Assembly (NCBI GenBank): GCA_947646095.1
Contig: CANSFI010000006.1
Span: 1,162 to 65,161 of the forward strand
Origin: an uncultured Mycoplasmatota bacterium
GTDB taxonomy: Bacteria > Bacillota_I > Bacilli_A > RF39 > UBA660
Reading direction: 5' to 3'
DNA: 64,000 nt
This document shows, piece by piece, positions 21,357 through 31,884 of this stretch. Each line of letters begins with the position of its first letter. Position 1 is the first letter of the stretch. The notes beneath the pieces are model-generated. The model was not told the origin of the DNA, searched no databases, and saw only the letters and a list, made by a program, of their open reading frames with translations. Both the position numbers and the translations under genes were made by a program.

Positions 21357-22664
21357 CTAAAAAGGCATTTTTAAATTACCATTTTTTAATTGTTTCATCA
21401 TTACTTTCATTTGATCAAATTGTTTAAGCAGTCTATTTACTTCTTCAACACTTCTACCACTACCTTTAGCAATTCTTATTTTTCTACTAGCTTTAAGTGT
21501 TTCAGGATGTTTTCTTTCATATGGTGTCATTGATAGAATAATAGCTTCAATATGAGCTATATCTTTAGGATTTATTTTAACATTATTTAAACCCATTTTT
21601 TTAGCTCCTGGTAGCATTTTAATAATATTTTCTAATGGTCCTAATTTTTTTATTTGCTTAAATTGAGTTAAAAAATCGTCTAAATCAAATTTTCCTTTTT
21701 CTAAATTTTTAGCTGTTTTTAAAGCTTCATCTTTATCAATAACTGATTCTGCCTTTTCAATCATAGACATTAAATCACCCATGCCTAAGATACGAGTTGC
21801 CATTCTATCTGGATAGAATTCTTCCAATCCATCCATTTTTTCACTTACACCAATAAATTTAATTGGAATATTAGTTAAGTGTCTAATTGATAAAGCTGCT
21901 CCTCCTCTAGTATCACCATCTAGTTTAGTTAAAACAGCTCCTGTTATATTTAATCTTTCACTAAATCCAGTTATTACATTAATAGCATCTTGTCCAGTCA
22001 TACTATCAACAACTAATAATATTTCATTAGGACTGACACTGTTATTAATATTTTCTAATTCCATCATTAATTCTTCATCGATATGTAATCGTCCTGCAGT
22101 ATCAATTAAAATATAATTAAAACTATTTTCTTTAGCATATTTAATAGCATTATTTACTATTTCAACAGGGTTTTTATTACCTTCTTCATATACTTCGATA
22201 TTAAGTTCTCGTCCTATTTGTTTTAATTGTTCTATAGCAGCTGGTCTATATACATCACAGGCAACTAATAAAGGTTTTTTATTATATTTTTTTCTAAGTA
22301 ATAAACTTAGTTTACCAATAGTTGTAGTTTTTCCAGAACCTTGCAAACCTACCATCATTAAGATACTAGGATTACCACTTGTATATAAATCTTTCTTTTC
22401 TCCACCTAATAATTCTACTAATTCATCTTTTAAGATTTTAACAAAAAGTTCTCCTGGTTTTAAACTTTTACTAACTTCTTCTCCTAAAGCTTTTTCTTTA
22501 ACACTATTTATAAATTCTTTTACAACGACATAGTTTACATCTGCTTCTAAGAGAGCTAATCTAATTTCTCTTATAACTTCACTTATATTTTCTTCAGTAA
22601 TTTTGCCATAGCCTTTAATTTTATTTATAGCACGCTCTAATCTATCGCCTAAACTTTCAAACAT
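21357..22664 (-). CDS. ffh: Signal recognition particle protein
   Basis: ALLEADV, GLQGSGKTT, DTAGR, TKLDG, RILGMGD and M-domain. Confidence 0.98.
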   Translation of the reverse strand: MFESLGDRLERAINKIKGYGKITEENISEVIREIRLALLEADVNYVVVKEFINSVKEKALGEEVSKSLKPGELFVKILKDELVELLGGEKKDLYTSGNPSILMMVGLQGSGKTTTIGKLSLLLRKKYNKKPLLVACDVYRPAAIEQLKQIGRELNIEVYEEGNKNPVEIVNNAIKYAKENSFNYILIDTAGRLHIDEELMMELENINNSVSPNEILLVVDSMTGQDAINVITGFSERLNITGAVLTKLDGDTRGGAALSIRHLTNIPIKFIGVSEKMDGLEEFYPDRMATRILGMGDLMSMIEKAESVIDKDEALKTAKNLEKGKFDLDDFLTQFKQIKKLGPLENIIKMLPGAKKMGLNNVKINPKDIAHIEAIILSMTPYERKHPETLKASRKIRIAKGSGRSVEEVNRLLKQFDQMKVMMKQLKNGNLKMPF

Positions 22665-22729
22665 TTTATCACCTTATTCAATTATATAAAATTATTCAAA
22701 AAAAATCTAGATATACTAGATCTTTTTAA

Positions 22730-23489
22730 CTATTTCATTATTATTTTTTCATATTTATTTAATTCATTAACACTACTATAGTTACCTGTTATTTCAACAC
22801 CATTATAAACAATAATTGAAAAATCCATATTATAAAATTCATGTAAAGTATTATCCACGCAAGAAGCATATTGGCTTTCAATTATAATTTTATTAGCTTT
22901 TACATTAATTTCTCCATACTGTCCAGTTAAAATATCAGATTTCCATATATATATCATTAGCTTCTACATTAATACCATTATCATTACAATCTTCATAAAT
23001 TCTATTTGTTTTATGTTTTTCTATTATCAAAGAATTTTTTAATTTTTCCACTTAAAAATTTATTTTTACCATTCTTGGAAAAACCGAAATTATATTCATT
23101 ATTTATTAAAGAAATATTATTTGCTGAATAAACTTGAATTCATTCATTACAATAAAATTTACAATTATAAAAAACGATAATTGAAGATGATGATGTAATA
23201 TTTATGCTCTTATGTCTCCAAAATAATACTCAAATTGTTTATTAAGTTTAAAATAATCAATCATTTCTTTGTCTTTTTGGTTGTCAATTCCATTACAATT
23301 TAATTCATAAAAATCCTTATTTTTATCCCTATTTAAGGAACTTCTTTTATAAACATTACAAAATATTTCATGTTCATACTCTATAAGAGTACCAATTTTT
23401 TGTGTAACATGTCCTAAATATTTTGCTCTATCTCTTTTATATTTTAAGTCTTTAATCATATTTGAAATATCCATAGTATAATCCACCAC
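22730..23489 (-). pseudogene. Degraded hypothetical gene (fragments of 95 and 75 aa)
   Basis: Co-oriented fragments linked by a frameshifted coding-like stretch. Confidence 0.35.
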
Positions 23490-23694
23490 TTAGTAGATAT
23501 ATTATCACATAAAATAATATTCGTGTTAACTGCTAACTTACAAGGTTAATAATAATATAAACAAGTAAATATTTATTATCTCACCTTTTTTCTCTTATGT
23601 TTATTAAAACAAGGAAAATTATACCTTTTCTTGTATAATCGCTCCCTGTTTTTTCTATTTTTATTTATTACTTTTAAGCAATTGCCATACTAAA

Positions 23695-24879
23695 TTATTT
23701 TAGTTTATTTTTCATTCCTTTTAAACCTTTAGTACCACCAAAATTACTTAAAACATTTGTCTCAAAAGAATATACTTTTTTAGATTTGTTTTTATAATTT
23801 TTAATTGATAGTGTAATCATATCATCTAAAAGTTCTTTATAACTTTTACCTGTTGGTTCCCATAGATAAAAAGCTAGAGAACCTGGAATAGTATTTGGTT
23901 CATTAATATATAATTTTTCTGTTTTCTTATCAATTAAAAAATCAATTCTACAAACACCACTTAAGTTTAATACTTTAAATACTTGTTTAGATAATGTTTC
24001 TATTTCTTCTTTTATTTTTTCGCTAATTCTAGCAGGAATAATACGATCTGTTGAAACCATTCCTTTTGATTTAGAACCTTTTGCTCCACCTACATATTTA
24101 TCTTTATAAGTTAAAAATTCTTCAGTAGTCATTACTTCTTCTATAACACTTGTTTGTTGATATTCATAATTACCTAATACACTACAATTTACTTCAACTA
24201 AATTCTCGACCATTTTTTCTACTACTATTTTTGTATCATATGTTATAGCATCCATAATAGCTTCTTCTATTTCGTCTTCGCTTTTAACAACAGTGATTCC
24301 TACACTACTACCTAGGCTTGCTGGTTTAACAATAACTGGATATCCTAGTTTTTTTATTTCCTTAGTAATTGTATCAGTATTATTTAAATACTCATAATCA
24401 TAAAACCAAATGTAAGGAGAAATTGGTAATTTTTCTGATTCAAATATTTGTTTCATAACTACTTTATCTTGTCCTAAAGCAGAACCTAAAACATTAGATC
24501 CTACATAAGGTATACCTATTGTATCTAAATATCCTTGTAATGTTCCATCTTCTACATTTGTTCCATGTACAATTGGAAATGCTATATCTATTTCTTCTAC
24601 TATTTTTTTTAAAAATCCCAATGATTGAAGATAAAATTTTCCATCTTTTTTTACAATAGTTACTTTTTTTGCATATCTTTTTAAATCATTAAAATCTTTA
24701 TATATATCTATATCCATAAGCATTTTCCCTGTATAAAAATTACGATCTTTACTGATGTATATAGGTATAATATCATATTTTTCAGCATCCATATAGTTCA
24801 TAGCTTGAACAGCTGAAATAATACTAATTTCATGTTCAACACTTACTCCACCATATATAACTCCAACTTTAATTTTCAT
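23695..24879 (-). CDS. ddl: D-alanine--D-alanine ligase family protein
   Basis: GGVSVEHEISIIS, HGTNVEDGTLQG, VKPASLGSSVG, RIDF, NEPNTIPG. Confidence 0.92.
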   Translation of the reverse strand: MKIKVGVIYGGVSVEHEISIISAVQAMNYMDAEKYDIIPIYISKDRNFYTGKMLMDIDIYKDFNDLKRYAKKVTIVKKDGKFYLQSLGFLKKIVEEIDIAFPIVHGTNVEDGTLQGYLDTIGIPYVGSNVLGSALGQDKVVMKQIFESEKLPISPYIWFYDYEYLNNTDTITKEIKKLGYPVIVKPASLGSSVGITVVKSEDEIEEAIMDAITYDTKIVVEKMVENLVEVNCSVLGNYEYQQTSVIEEVMTTEEFLTYKDKYVGGAKGSKSKGMVSTDRIIPARISEKIKEEIETLSKQVFKVLNLSGVCRIDFLIDKKTEKLYINEPNTIPGSLAFYLWEPTGKSYKELLDDMITLSIKNYKNKSKKVYSFETNVLSNFGGTKGLKGMKNKLK

Positions 24880-24894
24880 AATTACTCCTCTTTT

Positions 24895-26484
24895 CTATTT
24901 TTCATTAAATATGTCTGGTAAATCATTTTCTAAAAGGACATACGTTTCTTTATCTTTTAATTCTTGCATTAATTTAAAAGCTAATTTTACATCATTAATA
25001 ATGTGTATGTTTTCTTTAGGATATTTTTTTTCTATAAGTCCATCATATATAGGTTTAGTCTGTGTTTCTCCAACTAGTATTACTTCATCACAAACCTCAC
25101 TTATGTATTCACCAAATTTTTTATTTAATTCATACTGCTCATCACCTAGTTCAATCATACCAGGTGTTACAATGATTTTTTTACCAGGCATAAGCCCTAA
25201 TACTTCAACTGCCATTTTAGAGCCTATTGGATTTGAATTGTAGGCATCATCAATAATATTAATATCACCATATTTTTTTAATTCTAAACGATGTTCAATA
25301 GATCTTACCTTTTTAACACCATATTTTAGTCTATCTATCTCAATACCAAAATAATTACCTAAAGCAATAGAAGCTAAAATATTATATATATTAGCTTTAC
25401 CAAGTAATCTAGTTTCAAATTTATACTTATTTTTATCACCTTTAAATATACAATCAAAGGACATTCCTTTATTTGTTTGTTTTATATTAGTTGCCATTAC
25501 ATCTGCTTCATTATCAATACCAATCCAAATAACTTTGCATTTATTTTTTAATTTATATGATACTTGATATTCATCATCTCTATTTAATATAGCAACTCCA
25601 TCTTCTGGTAATGATTCAATAAGTTCAAATTTGCCTTTTTGAATATTTTCTCTACTTCCAAAACTATCCATATGAGCAGTTCCGATACGAGTAAGAATTC
25701 CATATTTAGGATGAACTAAATCACATAATTCTTGTATTTCACCCATTTTAAAGGCACCCATTTCAGCTATAAATACATCATTAAATTTGTCTAAATAATT
25801 ATTTATTGTAAGCATTAATCCATTAGTTGTATTATAATTTTTAGGACTTGGACAAGTATTATACTTAATACTTAATATATCATTTAATATATTTTTACTA
25901 CTAGTTTTACCATAACTACCTGTTATACCTATAACTTTTAAGTTACTCATTTCATTTATTTTATTATAAGCTTTATAATAATAATACCTAAATACTGACT
26001 TTTCTATAGGAATATTAATAATATTAGTAATCATAATTACAAAATAGTTTAAATATGTTAAAGCTCCCAATATTAGATAATAATATACAATTAAGTTTTT
26101 ATCAAAATATAAAAACATAATTAATATTGGTATTAAATAAATAATAGTTGATGTTATTATTAATCTTTTAACTCTTTTAGTAAAAGATAGAGGTTTTTTT
26201 AATTGTTCTTGTTTTTTATTATGTAAAAAACTACTAATACATAAAATATAAAATAAAATAAATAAAATCATACTTAAGTTCTTATCAATAAAGATTAAAA
26301 AGATAAATAAGATAAATAAAATATCTACTTGTAAAAATACTTTAGATGGATTTGATATAATCCATTTTAAGTACCTATTACCATCGTTGTACCAATTTTG
26401 TTGTAGCATATGTAATGCTTTGGTATTTTTAATAAAATAATAACAATAATTAATAATAATACTAAATACTAATAAGTACATCAT
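24895..26484 (-). CDS. murF: MurF-like Mur ligase with N-terminal transmembrane domain
   Basis: GITGSYGKTSSK, NYNT, AEMG, DDAYNSNP, PGMIELG; about 150 aa hydrophobic N-terminus. Confidence 0.8.
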   Translation of the reverse strand: MMYLLVFSIIINYCYYFIKNTKALHMLQQNWYNDGNRYLKWIISNPSKVFLQVDILFILFIFLIFIDKNLSMILFILFYILCISSFLHNKKQEQLKKPLSFTKRVKRLIITSTIIYLIPILIMFLYFDKNLIVYYYLILGALTYLNYFVIMITNIINIPIEKSVFRYYYYKAYNKINEMSNLKVIGITGSYGKTSSKNILNDILSIKYNTCPSPKNYNTTNGLMLTINNYLDKFNDVFIAEMGAFKMGEIQELCDLVHPKYGILTRIGTAHMDSFGSRENIQKGKFELIESLPEDGVAILNRDDEYQVSYKLKNKCKVIWIGIDNEADVMATNIKQTNKGMSFDCIFKGDKNKYKFETRLLGKANIYNILASIALGNYFGIEIDRLKYGVKKVRSIEHRLELKKYGDINIIDDAYNSNPIGSKMAVEVLGLMPGKKIIVTPGMIELGDEQYELNKKFGEYISEVCDEVILVGETQTKPIYDGLIEKKYPKENIHIINDVKLAFKLMQELKDKETYVLLENDLPDIFNEK

Positions 26485-26487
26485 AAA

Positions 26488-27225
26488 TTAAACTCCCTCT
26501 AAAAAACTATGTAATACTTTAATAGTTTGATTTAAATTTTCTAAATAAGCATAATGAGTACAATTTTCATAAATAACTACACCTGAGTCTTGTATTAACT
26601 TTTCTAATTCATATGCTCTTTCAACTGGTACTGCCTCATCTAAAGTTCCCCATACTATTAAGGTAGGGCATTTTATTTTTTTTACATCTTCTGTTATATC
26701 TAAATTAACTGTATTAACTAAAATTTTACGCATTGTATCAGTAGCATTTCTATAATCAACTGAACCAATATGTTTTTTAGCAAATCCTTCTAATTTATTC
26801 AAAATTGGTACTTTTTTTAAACCTTTTAAAATTTTAGTTTTAGTTGATAATTTTTCTATTTCACATTTAAATGGACTACCAAATAATACTAACTTCTCTA
26901 CTTCATATCTAGATGAATAAAGTAGGCTTATTTTTCCACCAAAAGAATGTCCAATTAAAATAGGTTTATCTATTTTTAATTCATCTAATAATTTTTTAAT
27001 ACAATCTACATAATCACTTACCTGCCAAGCATATGAAGGCTCACTACTACTACCATAACCAGGAAGATCAATAATTGTTATATTAAAATTATTTTTTAAA
27101 GCGTCTCCTATTGGTTTCATCATTTCTATATTTTGTCCCCATCCATGCAATAAAATAACATTTTTACCTGATTCTCTACCATATCTTATAAAGTTTATAT
27201 CTACATCATTTATCTTTTTTTTCAT
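26488..27225 (-). CDS. Alpha/beta hydrolase
   Basis: LLHGWG, DLPGYG, GHSFGG, WGTLD, catalytic His near C-terminus. Confidence 0.9.
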   Translation of the reverse strand: MKKKINDVDINFIRYGRESGKNVILLHGWGQNIEMMKPIGDALKNNFNITIIDLPGYGSSSEPSYAWQVSDYVDCIKKLLDELKIDKPILIGHSFGGKISLLYSSRYEVEKLVLFGSPFKCEIEKLSTKTKILKGLKKVPILNKLEGFAKKHIGSVDYRNATDTMRKILVNTVNLDITEDVKKIKCPTLIVWGTLDEAVPVERAYELEKLIQDSGVVIYENCTHYAYLENLNQTIKVLHSFLEGV

Positions 27226-27339
27226 CGTATCACCATATATTCATTATACAACAAAATTTCATTCAAAACAATTAATCTTTATTCTTTAACTATATTTTAA
27301 CCAAAAATTTAAAAATTAGTATAATAAAAATACTTATTA

Positions 27340-28173
27340 TTAAGTATTTTCTTTAAAAAAATTAATTATAAGGTTTTGATAAAAACATAAACTTAGTATA
27401 ATAAGTAATCCTACTTGAATATAAATATTAGTATTTATTATTAATGGCATCAATAAAATAGTCGAAGTATTAATTATAATATGAGTTAAAATAGATAAAT
27501 ATATGTTATTTGTTTTATCATATATATAAATTAAATAAAATCCTACTAATAATGTATATATTATTTGTGATAATTCAAAATGTAGAAGTGCAAATAATAT
27601 AGTTGTAATAATAATAGCTGTTTTTTTAGAATTAAATTTTTTTAATTTATTATATACTAATCCTCTAAATATATATTCTTCTAAGATAGGGGCTAAAAAA
27701 CCAGTAGTAAGAATTATATTGATTTTGATAGACATATTATCATAACGATTAGTAATTGGTAATATAGTATTAATTAAATAAATTGTAATATTTAAAATGA
27801 GCGCTAAAAGACATGAATTTATAATTAATTTTGTTAGTTTATATGTTTTATTTTCTTTAATTTTTAATTTTTTATATGATTTTATTATTAAAGGTAAAAC
27901 TATTATCATAAGAATTATAATAATAATTAAACTTCTAGATCTTAAAAATATATTAAGTTCCTCTATATATTTATTAGTATTCATTATTTCATTAAATTTA
28001 TTACTAATTTGAAAATCGGTTAAGTTTGGAAATTGTTTTTTTAAAGTAGCTATGTAATTCATATTAAAGAAGATGGTAAAAAGAATTATTAATAAAAATT
28101 GGCCTAATTCTAATAGAATTGGCCAAAATAATACTTTAATAAAACTTTTGAGATAATCTAATTTGTACTTCAT
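27340..28173 (-). CDS. CPBP (Abi/CAAX) intramembrane metalloprotease
   Basis: APILEEYIFRG, FALLH, H-x3-N motifs. Confidence 0.88.
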   Translation of the reverse strand: MKYKLDYLKSFIKVLFWPILLELGQFLLIILFTIFFNMNYIATLKKQFPNLTDFQISNKFNEIMNTNKYIEELNIFLRSRSLIIIIILMIIVLPLIIKSYKKLKIKENKTYKLTKLIINSCLLALILNITIYLINTILPITNRYDNMSIKINIILTTGFLAPILEEYIFRGLVYNKLKKFNSKKTAIIITTILFALLHFELSQIIYTLLVGFYLIYIYDKTNNIYLSILTHIIINTSTILLMPLIINTNIYIQVGLLIILSLCFYQNLIINFFKENT

Positions 28174-29069
28174 TATCTATTTTTTCTATCTTCTTTAAGC
28201 ATTTCACTTATAGTTGTTCCAATAGTTGCAATATTTTGTAATTCTGATGGAACAATTATTTTTGTGGCGTTTCCATTAGCTACTTCTTTTAGAGCTTCAA
28301 AACTTTTTAATGTAAGTACTGCTTTATCTGCGCTAGCTTCTTTTAATAATTTTATAGCATCTGCTTCTGCTTGTTTTACTTTTAATAATGCTTCTGCTTC
28401 ACCCTCAGCAGTTTTTATTTGTGCTTCTTTATGAGCTTCTGCTCTAAGAATAGCACTTTCTTTTTCACCTTCAGCTATTAAAATACTAGATCTTTTTTCT
28501 CCCTCTGCTTTTAATATAGCCTCACGTCTTTCACGTTCTGCTCGCATTTGTTTTTCCATTGCCTCTTGTATTTCTCTTGGTGGCAAAATATTTTTAAGTT
28601 CTACACGATTAATTTTAATTCCCCATGCATCAGTTGCTTCATCTAGAATAGCACGCATTTTAGAATTAATGATATCCCTTGATGTTAATGTTTGATCTAG
28701 TTCTAATTCACCTATAATATTACGTAGAGTTGTCGCTGTTAAGTTTTCTATAGCATTAATTGGATTTTCAACACCATATGTATAAAGTTTAGCATCCAAA
28801 ATTTGAAAATAAACAACTGTATCTATCTGCATTGTAACATTATCTTTTGTAATAACTGGTTGTGGATCGAAATCCTTAACAATTTCTTTTAAAGTAACAT
28901 TATTAGCAACTCTGTCAACAAATGGAATTTTGAAGTGTAAACCATTTTGCCAAGTTGTATAATAAGAACCTATCCTTTCAATAACATAATTTCTAGCTTG
29001 TGGAACTATTTTAATATTTGGCAGAACAATAACTGCTACTAAAATTAAAATTATTATTAAAATATCCAT
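28173..29069 (-). CDS. SPFH/band-7 (QmcA-like) protein
   Basis: VITKDNV, TLRNIIG, QMRAERERR. Confidence 0.92.
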   Translation of the reverse strand: MDILIIILILVAVIVLPNIKIVPQARNYVIERIGSYYTTWQNGLHFKIPFVDRVANNVTLKEIVKDFDPQPVITKDNVTMQIDTVVYFQILDAKLYTYGVENPINAIENLTATTLRNIIGELELDQTLTSRDIINSKMRAILDEATDAWGIKINRVELKNILPPREIQEAMEKQMRAERERREAILKAEGEKRSSILIAEGEKESAILRAEAHKEAQIKTAEGEAEALLKVKQAEADAIKLLKEASADKAVLTLKSFEALKEVANGNATKIIVPSELQNIATIGTTISEMLKEDRKNR

Positions 29070-29072
29070 ATT

Positions 29073-29495
29073 CTACTCATCCTCTTTCTCTTTAACCTTT
29101 AATTTGACACCATCGATTTCTAGAACTTCAATAGTGGTATCAACTTTAATTTTTTTGTCAGCTAAAGCAGTCCATCTTTTTCCATCTACTTTAACCTCTC
29201 CATAATTTTTTTTAGTGATTTCTTCTGTCACAATTCCTGTCATACCAATGACTCTATCAGCATTGGTTCGGATATGCATTTGATTTAATTTATTTTGCAA
29301 AAATGATCTAGTTGTAATTAACAATATTATTCCAACTATTACAAAAACAGCAAATTGAATTAAAAATACATCTGTTATAAAACTAATTATTATAGCAAGT
29401 ATACCTGAAACTACAAACCAAATTGTTGTTAAATTAACTGTCATTACTTCAACTGCAGCTAAAAGTAAAACTATTCCTAACCATATATATACCAT
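29073..29495 (-). CDS. NfeD family protein
   Basis: Three TM segments plus OB-fold GEVKVDGKRWTA; upstream of SPFH gene. Confidence 0.9.
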   Translation of the reverse strand: MVYIWLGIVLLLAAVEVMTVNLTTIWFVVSGILAIIISFITDVFLIQFAVFVIVGIILLITTRSFLQNKLNQMHIRTNADRVIGMTGIVTEEITKKNYGEVKVDGKRWTALADKKIKVDTTIEVLEIDGVKLKVKEKEDE

Positions 29496-29578
29496 TTAAA
29501 TCACCTAATACAATTATACTATTATATAACAAATAATACAACAAAAAATTAATCAAAAAAAATCACTTTTATAAGCAA

Positions 29579-30094
29579 TTATATATTATAATATATACCA
29601 TTTAAGTTAAAACTATATTTAATGTTATTATAGTTTTTAAAAATATTTTTGATTTTTCCTAAATTTGAATAGATTAGAACTTTATTAATAACTACTCCAT
29701 TTATTTGATATTCATTAGCTTCATTTGTCAAACCTATATTTTTAAGTTTACTTATAAAATCATTTTTTATTTTTTCTAAATCATAATTATGGTTTTCCCA
29801 ATTAAATTCATAATTATAATTAGCCTTTATTTTACCTGCATAAATAGGATTAATATATGGATAAACCTTTAATACTTTTATATTTTTAAAAAAATCATTA
29901 AAATTATTAGTAGTTAAGTTTTTGTCCTCAAATAGCAAATAAATTTGATTATATTCATTATCATTACTTATTTCATTATAGACTAATTTAGTCTTTTCAT
30001 GAGAATTACTTGATAATATAACTAATAATATAATAGTTAAAAATATGATTGTTTTTTTAAACATAGTTTCACCTCTTAAAGATAGTTTGAACAT
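29579..30094 (-). CDS. Hypothetical membrane-anchored protein
   Basis: ORF with N-terminal hydrophobic segment; likely start MFKKT. Confidence 0.55.
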   Translation of the reverse strand: MFKLSLRGETMFKKTIIFLTIILLVILSSNSHEKTKLVYNEISNDNEYNQIYLLFEDKNLTTNNFNDFFKNIKVLKVYPYINPIYAGKIKANYNYEFNWENHNYDLEKIKNDFISKLKNIGLTNEANEYQINGVVINKVLIYSNLGKIKNIFKNYNNIKYSFNLNGIYYNI

Positions 30095-30204
30095 TTTTTT
30101 ATAATTTAACCTAAATTCGACATTTTATTTAAAAAAACTTATTTTATTAACTATTTCACATCAAATTTTATTTTGACTACATTAATATTCTTTCGCGAAA
30201 TCTC

Positions 30205-30233
30205 TTGACATTTTGTTTGTAAAACTCTATAAT
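30205..30233 (+). promoter_or_regulatory. Consensus sigma-A promoter
   Basis: TTGACA-17 bp-TATAAT. Confidence 0.85.
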
Positions 30234-30239
30234 TATACT

Positions 30240-30340
30240 AGCGTGATAATATCACGCGGATGTTCTTATGCAAAACTGGTATAAGAGCATTCAACCAAAA
30301 CCCCCTGAAGGAGCACGATTAGTTGTGCTCCACTTTTTTT
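30240..30340 (+). ncRNA. Unannotated ~100-nt sRNA, integration target of element 1
   Basis: Perfect promoter, 7-bp hairpin GCGTGAT/ATCACGC, 14-bp hairpin, unpaired AACCAAAACCCCC, then GGAGCAC/GTGCTCC-U7 terminator; no ORF. Confidence 0.7.
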
Positions 30341-30486
30341 GCCCTTAATTTATAAGGGTTTCTCGAAAAACCAAAACTAAAAAATGTGCTTTAGGTAGCA
30401 ATTAGGTAGCATTTTTTAGTTTTTTGATTATTTAAAAGCATAAAAAAATAAGGAACTTGGCATATTAACCAAATTCCTTATTTCTA

Positions 30487-31659
30487 TTATAAACTCATTT
30501 CAAAGTCATCTTTATTGTTGATATTATCACAATCAATATTTTGTTCTCTAGTATCATTTAATTTATCAATAAGACCAATGATATTGTCTAGTTTGTTCTT
30601 AAACATATGAGAATAGGTGTTTAATGTTTCATCAATTTTAGAGTGTCCTAGATATTTAGCAACAAGTGTTATGTCTGCACCATTATTGATAAGCAATGAA
30701 GCACAGGAATGCCTAAAATCGTGGATTCGAATAACTTTAACACCTGCCTCTTTACATTTATTGTTTTTTCTTCTTCTAATGACATCATCTCCAAGAGGGG
30801 TAGCATTACCAAATATAAACCATTCTTCTTGAAAATTAGTATAACTCATAGCATTTTTTTTCAACTCTTTTAAATCATTTACTAATTCTTTTGGTATAGG
30901 TAGTGTTCTATTGCTTGTTAGAGTTTTAGGGCTTGTAATCGTGTATTTTTTCCTGTTTACATTATCGTTAAGCCCTTTATTTATTCTAATTGTATTATTT
31001 GTAAAATTAATGTCATTCCAATTTAATGCTCGTGCTTCTCCTTTACGAAGTCCACAAAAGTATAAAGTTTTAAATAAGCACTTGAAAGTTAAGTTATCTT
31101 CTTTAGCGATAAATTTGCTAAATTCATCATAAGTCCAAAATTCCATTTCCTTTTTAATTTCATTTGGATCTGTGAAGTTTGTCATTTTAGGATAAATTTC
31201 ATTAAAATTTAAACCATACCACTTTGTACCAAAATTCATAATTGTTTTTAAGAATTTATAAATATAGTTCCTAGTTCTATTTGATAAGGGATATTCTAAA
31301 ATCTTTTTTCTCCACATTTCAAAGTGTTGTAAACTAAAATCTTTAACCTTGATATTATCTAAAAGAGCCATATATCGCATTCTATCTTTATAGGTATTTA
31401 AAGTAGTTTCTTTTACTTTATCTTTTTGATATTCATAAAAGGCAAGATATAACTCTTTGAAAGTCATATTATTATCAGGTCTATATTTATCAAATTCTAA
31501 AGCAAAAACTTTTTCTGCTTCTTGAGCCTCTTTTTTGTTAAGAAATTTTTTTGATTTATATTGTTTTGTTTTACCATTTAAGTCTTTGTATCGTGTATAA
31601 AAAATCCATTTGCGACCATCTTTAGTCCATTCTTTTTTATTCAATAAAATAACTGCCAT
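30487..31659 (-). CDS. Tyrosine integrase
   Basis: GLRKGE, PKT, HDFRH, LGHS, TYSH; N-terminal arm-binding domain. Confidence 0.95.
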   Translation of the reverse strand: MAVILLNKKEWTKDGRKWIFYTRYKDLNGKTKQYKSKKFLNKKEAQEAEKVFALEFDKYRPDNNMTFKELYLAFYEYQKDKVKETTLNTYKDRMRYMALLDNIKVKDFSLQHFEMWRKKILEYPLSNRTRNYIYKFLKTIMNFGTKWYGLNFNEIYPKMTNFTDPNEIKKEMEFWTYDEFSKFIAKEDNLTFKCLFKTLYFCGLRKGEARALNWNDINFTNNTIRINKGLNDNVNRKKYTITSPKTLTSNRTLPIPKELVNDLKELKKNAMSYTNFQEEWFIFGNATPLGDDVIRRRKNNKCKEAGVKVIRIHDFRHSCASLLINNGADITLVAKYLGHSKIDETLNTYSHMFKNKLDNIIGLIDKLNDTREQNIDCDNINNKDDFEMSL

Positions 31660-31663
31660 ATTA

Positions 31664-31870
31664 TCACAACCTTTCCATTTCTAATTCATTTTTGTTAGTA
31701 TTTTCTAAATTAAAAAGAACTTTTTTATGTTCTTCTAAAGCCATTGTATGGTATTTTATACTTTTTTCATCATTTCTAGCTTTATCTTCTTTAAGTGATA
31801 ATTCTAGTGATTCAATTATCAATTTTTCTTTTTCAATAGTAGTGTTTTTATCAATAATAATTGCCATCAT
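31664..31870 (-). CDS. Small hypothetical protein
   Basis: AAAGGAG RBS; co-oriented between mob and int. Confidence 0.6.
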   Translation of the reverse strand: MMAIIIDKNTTIEKEKLIIESLELSLKEDKARNDEKSIKYHTMALEEHKKVLFNLENTNKNELEMERL

Positions 31871-31884
31871 ATAAATGCTCCTTT

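Noticed and set aside
23140-23142. Another in-frame TGA (NE*IQ)
   Set aside because: Lies in a multiply frameshifted remnant whose true frame cannot be established
30240-30340. tRNA, tmRNA or SRP RNA as the integration target
   Set aside because: No cloverleaf, T-loop or CCA end, and no SRP helix-8 motif on either strand
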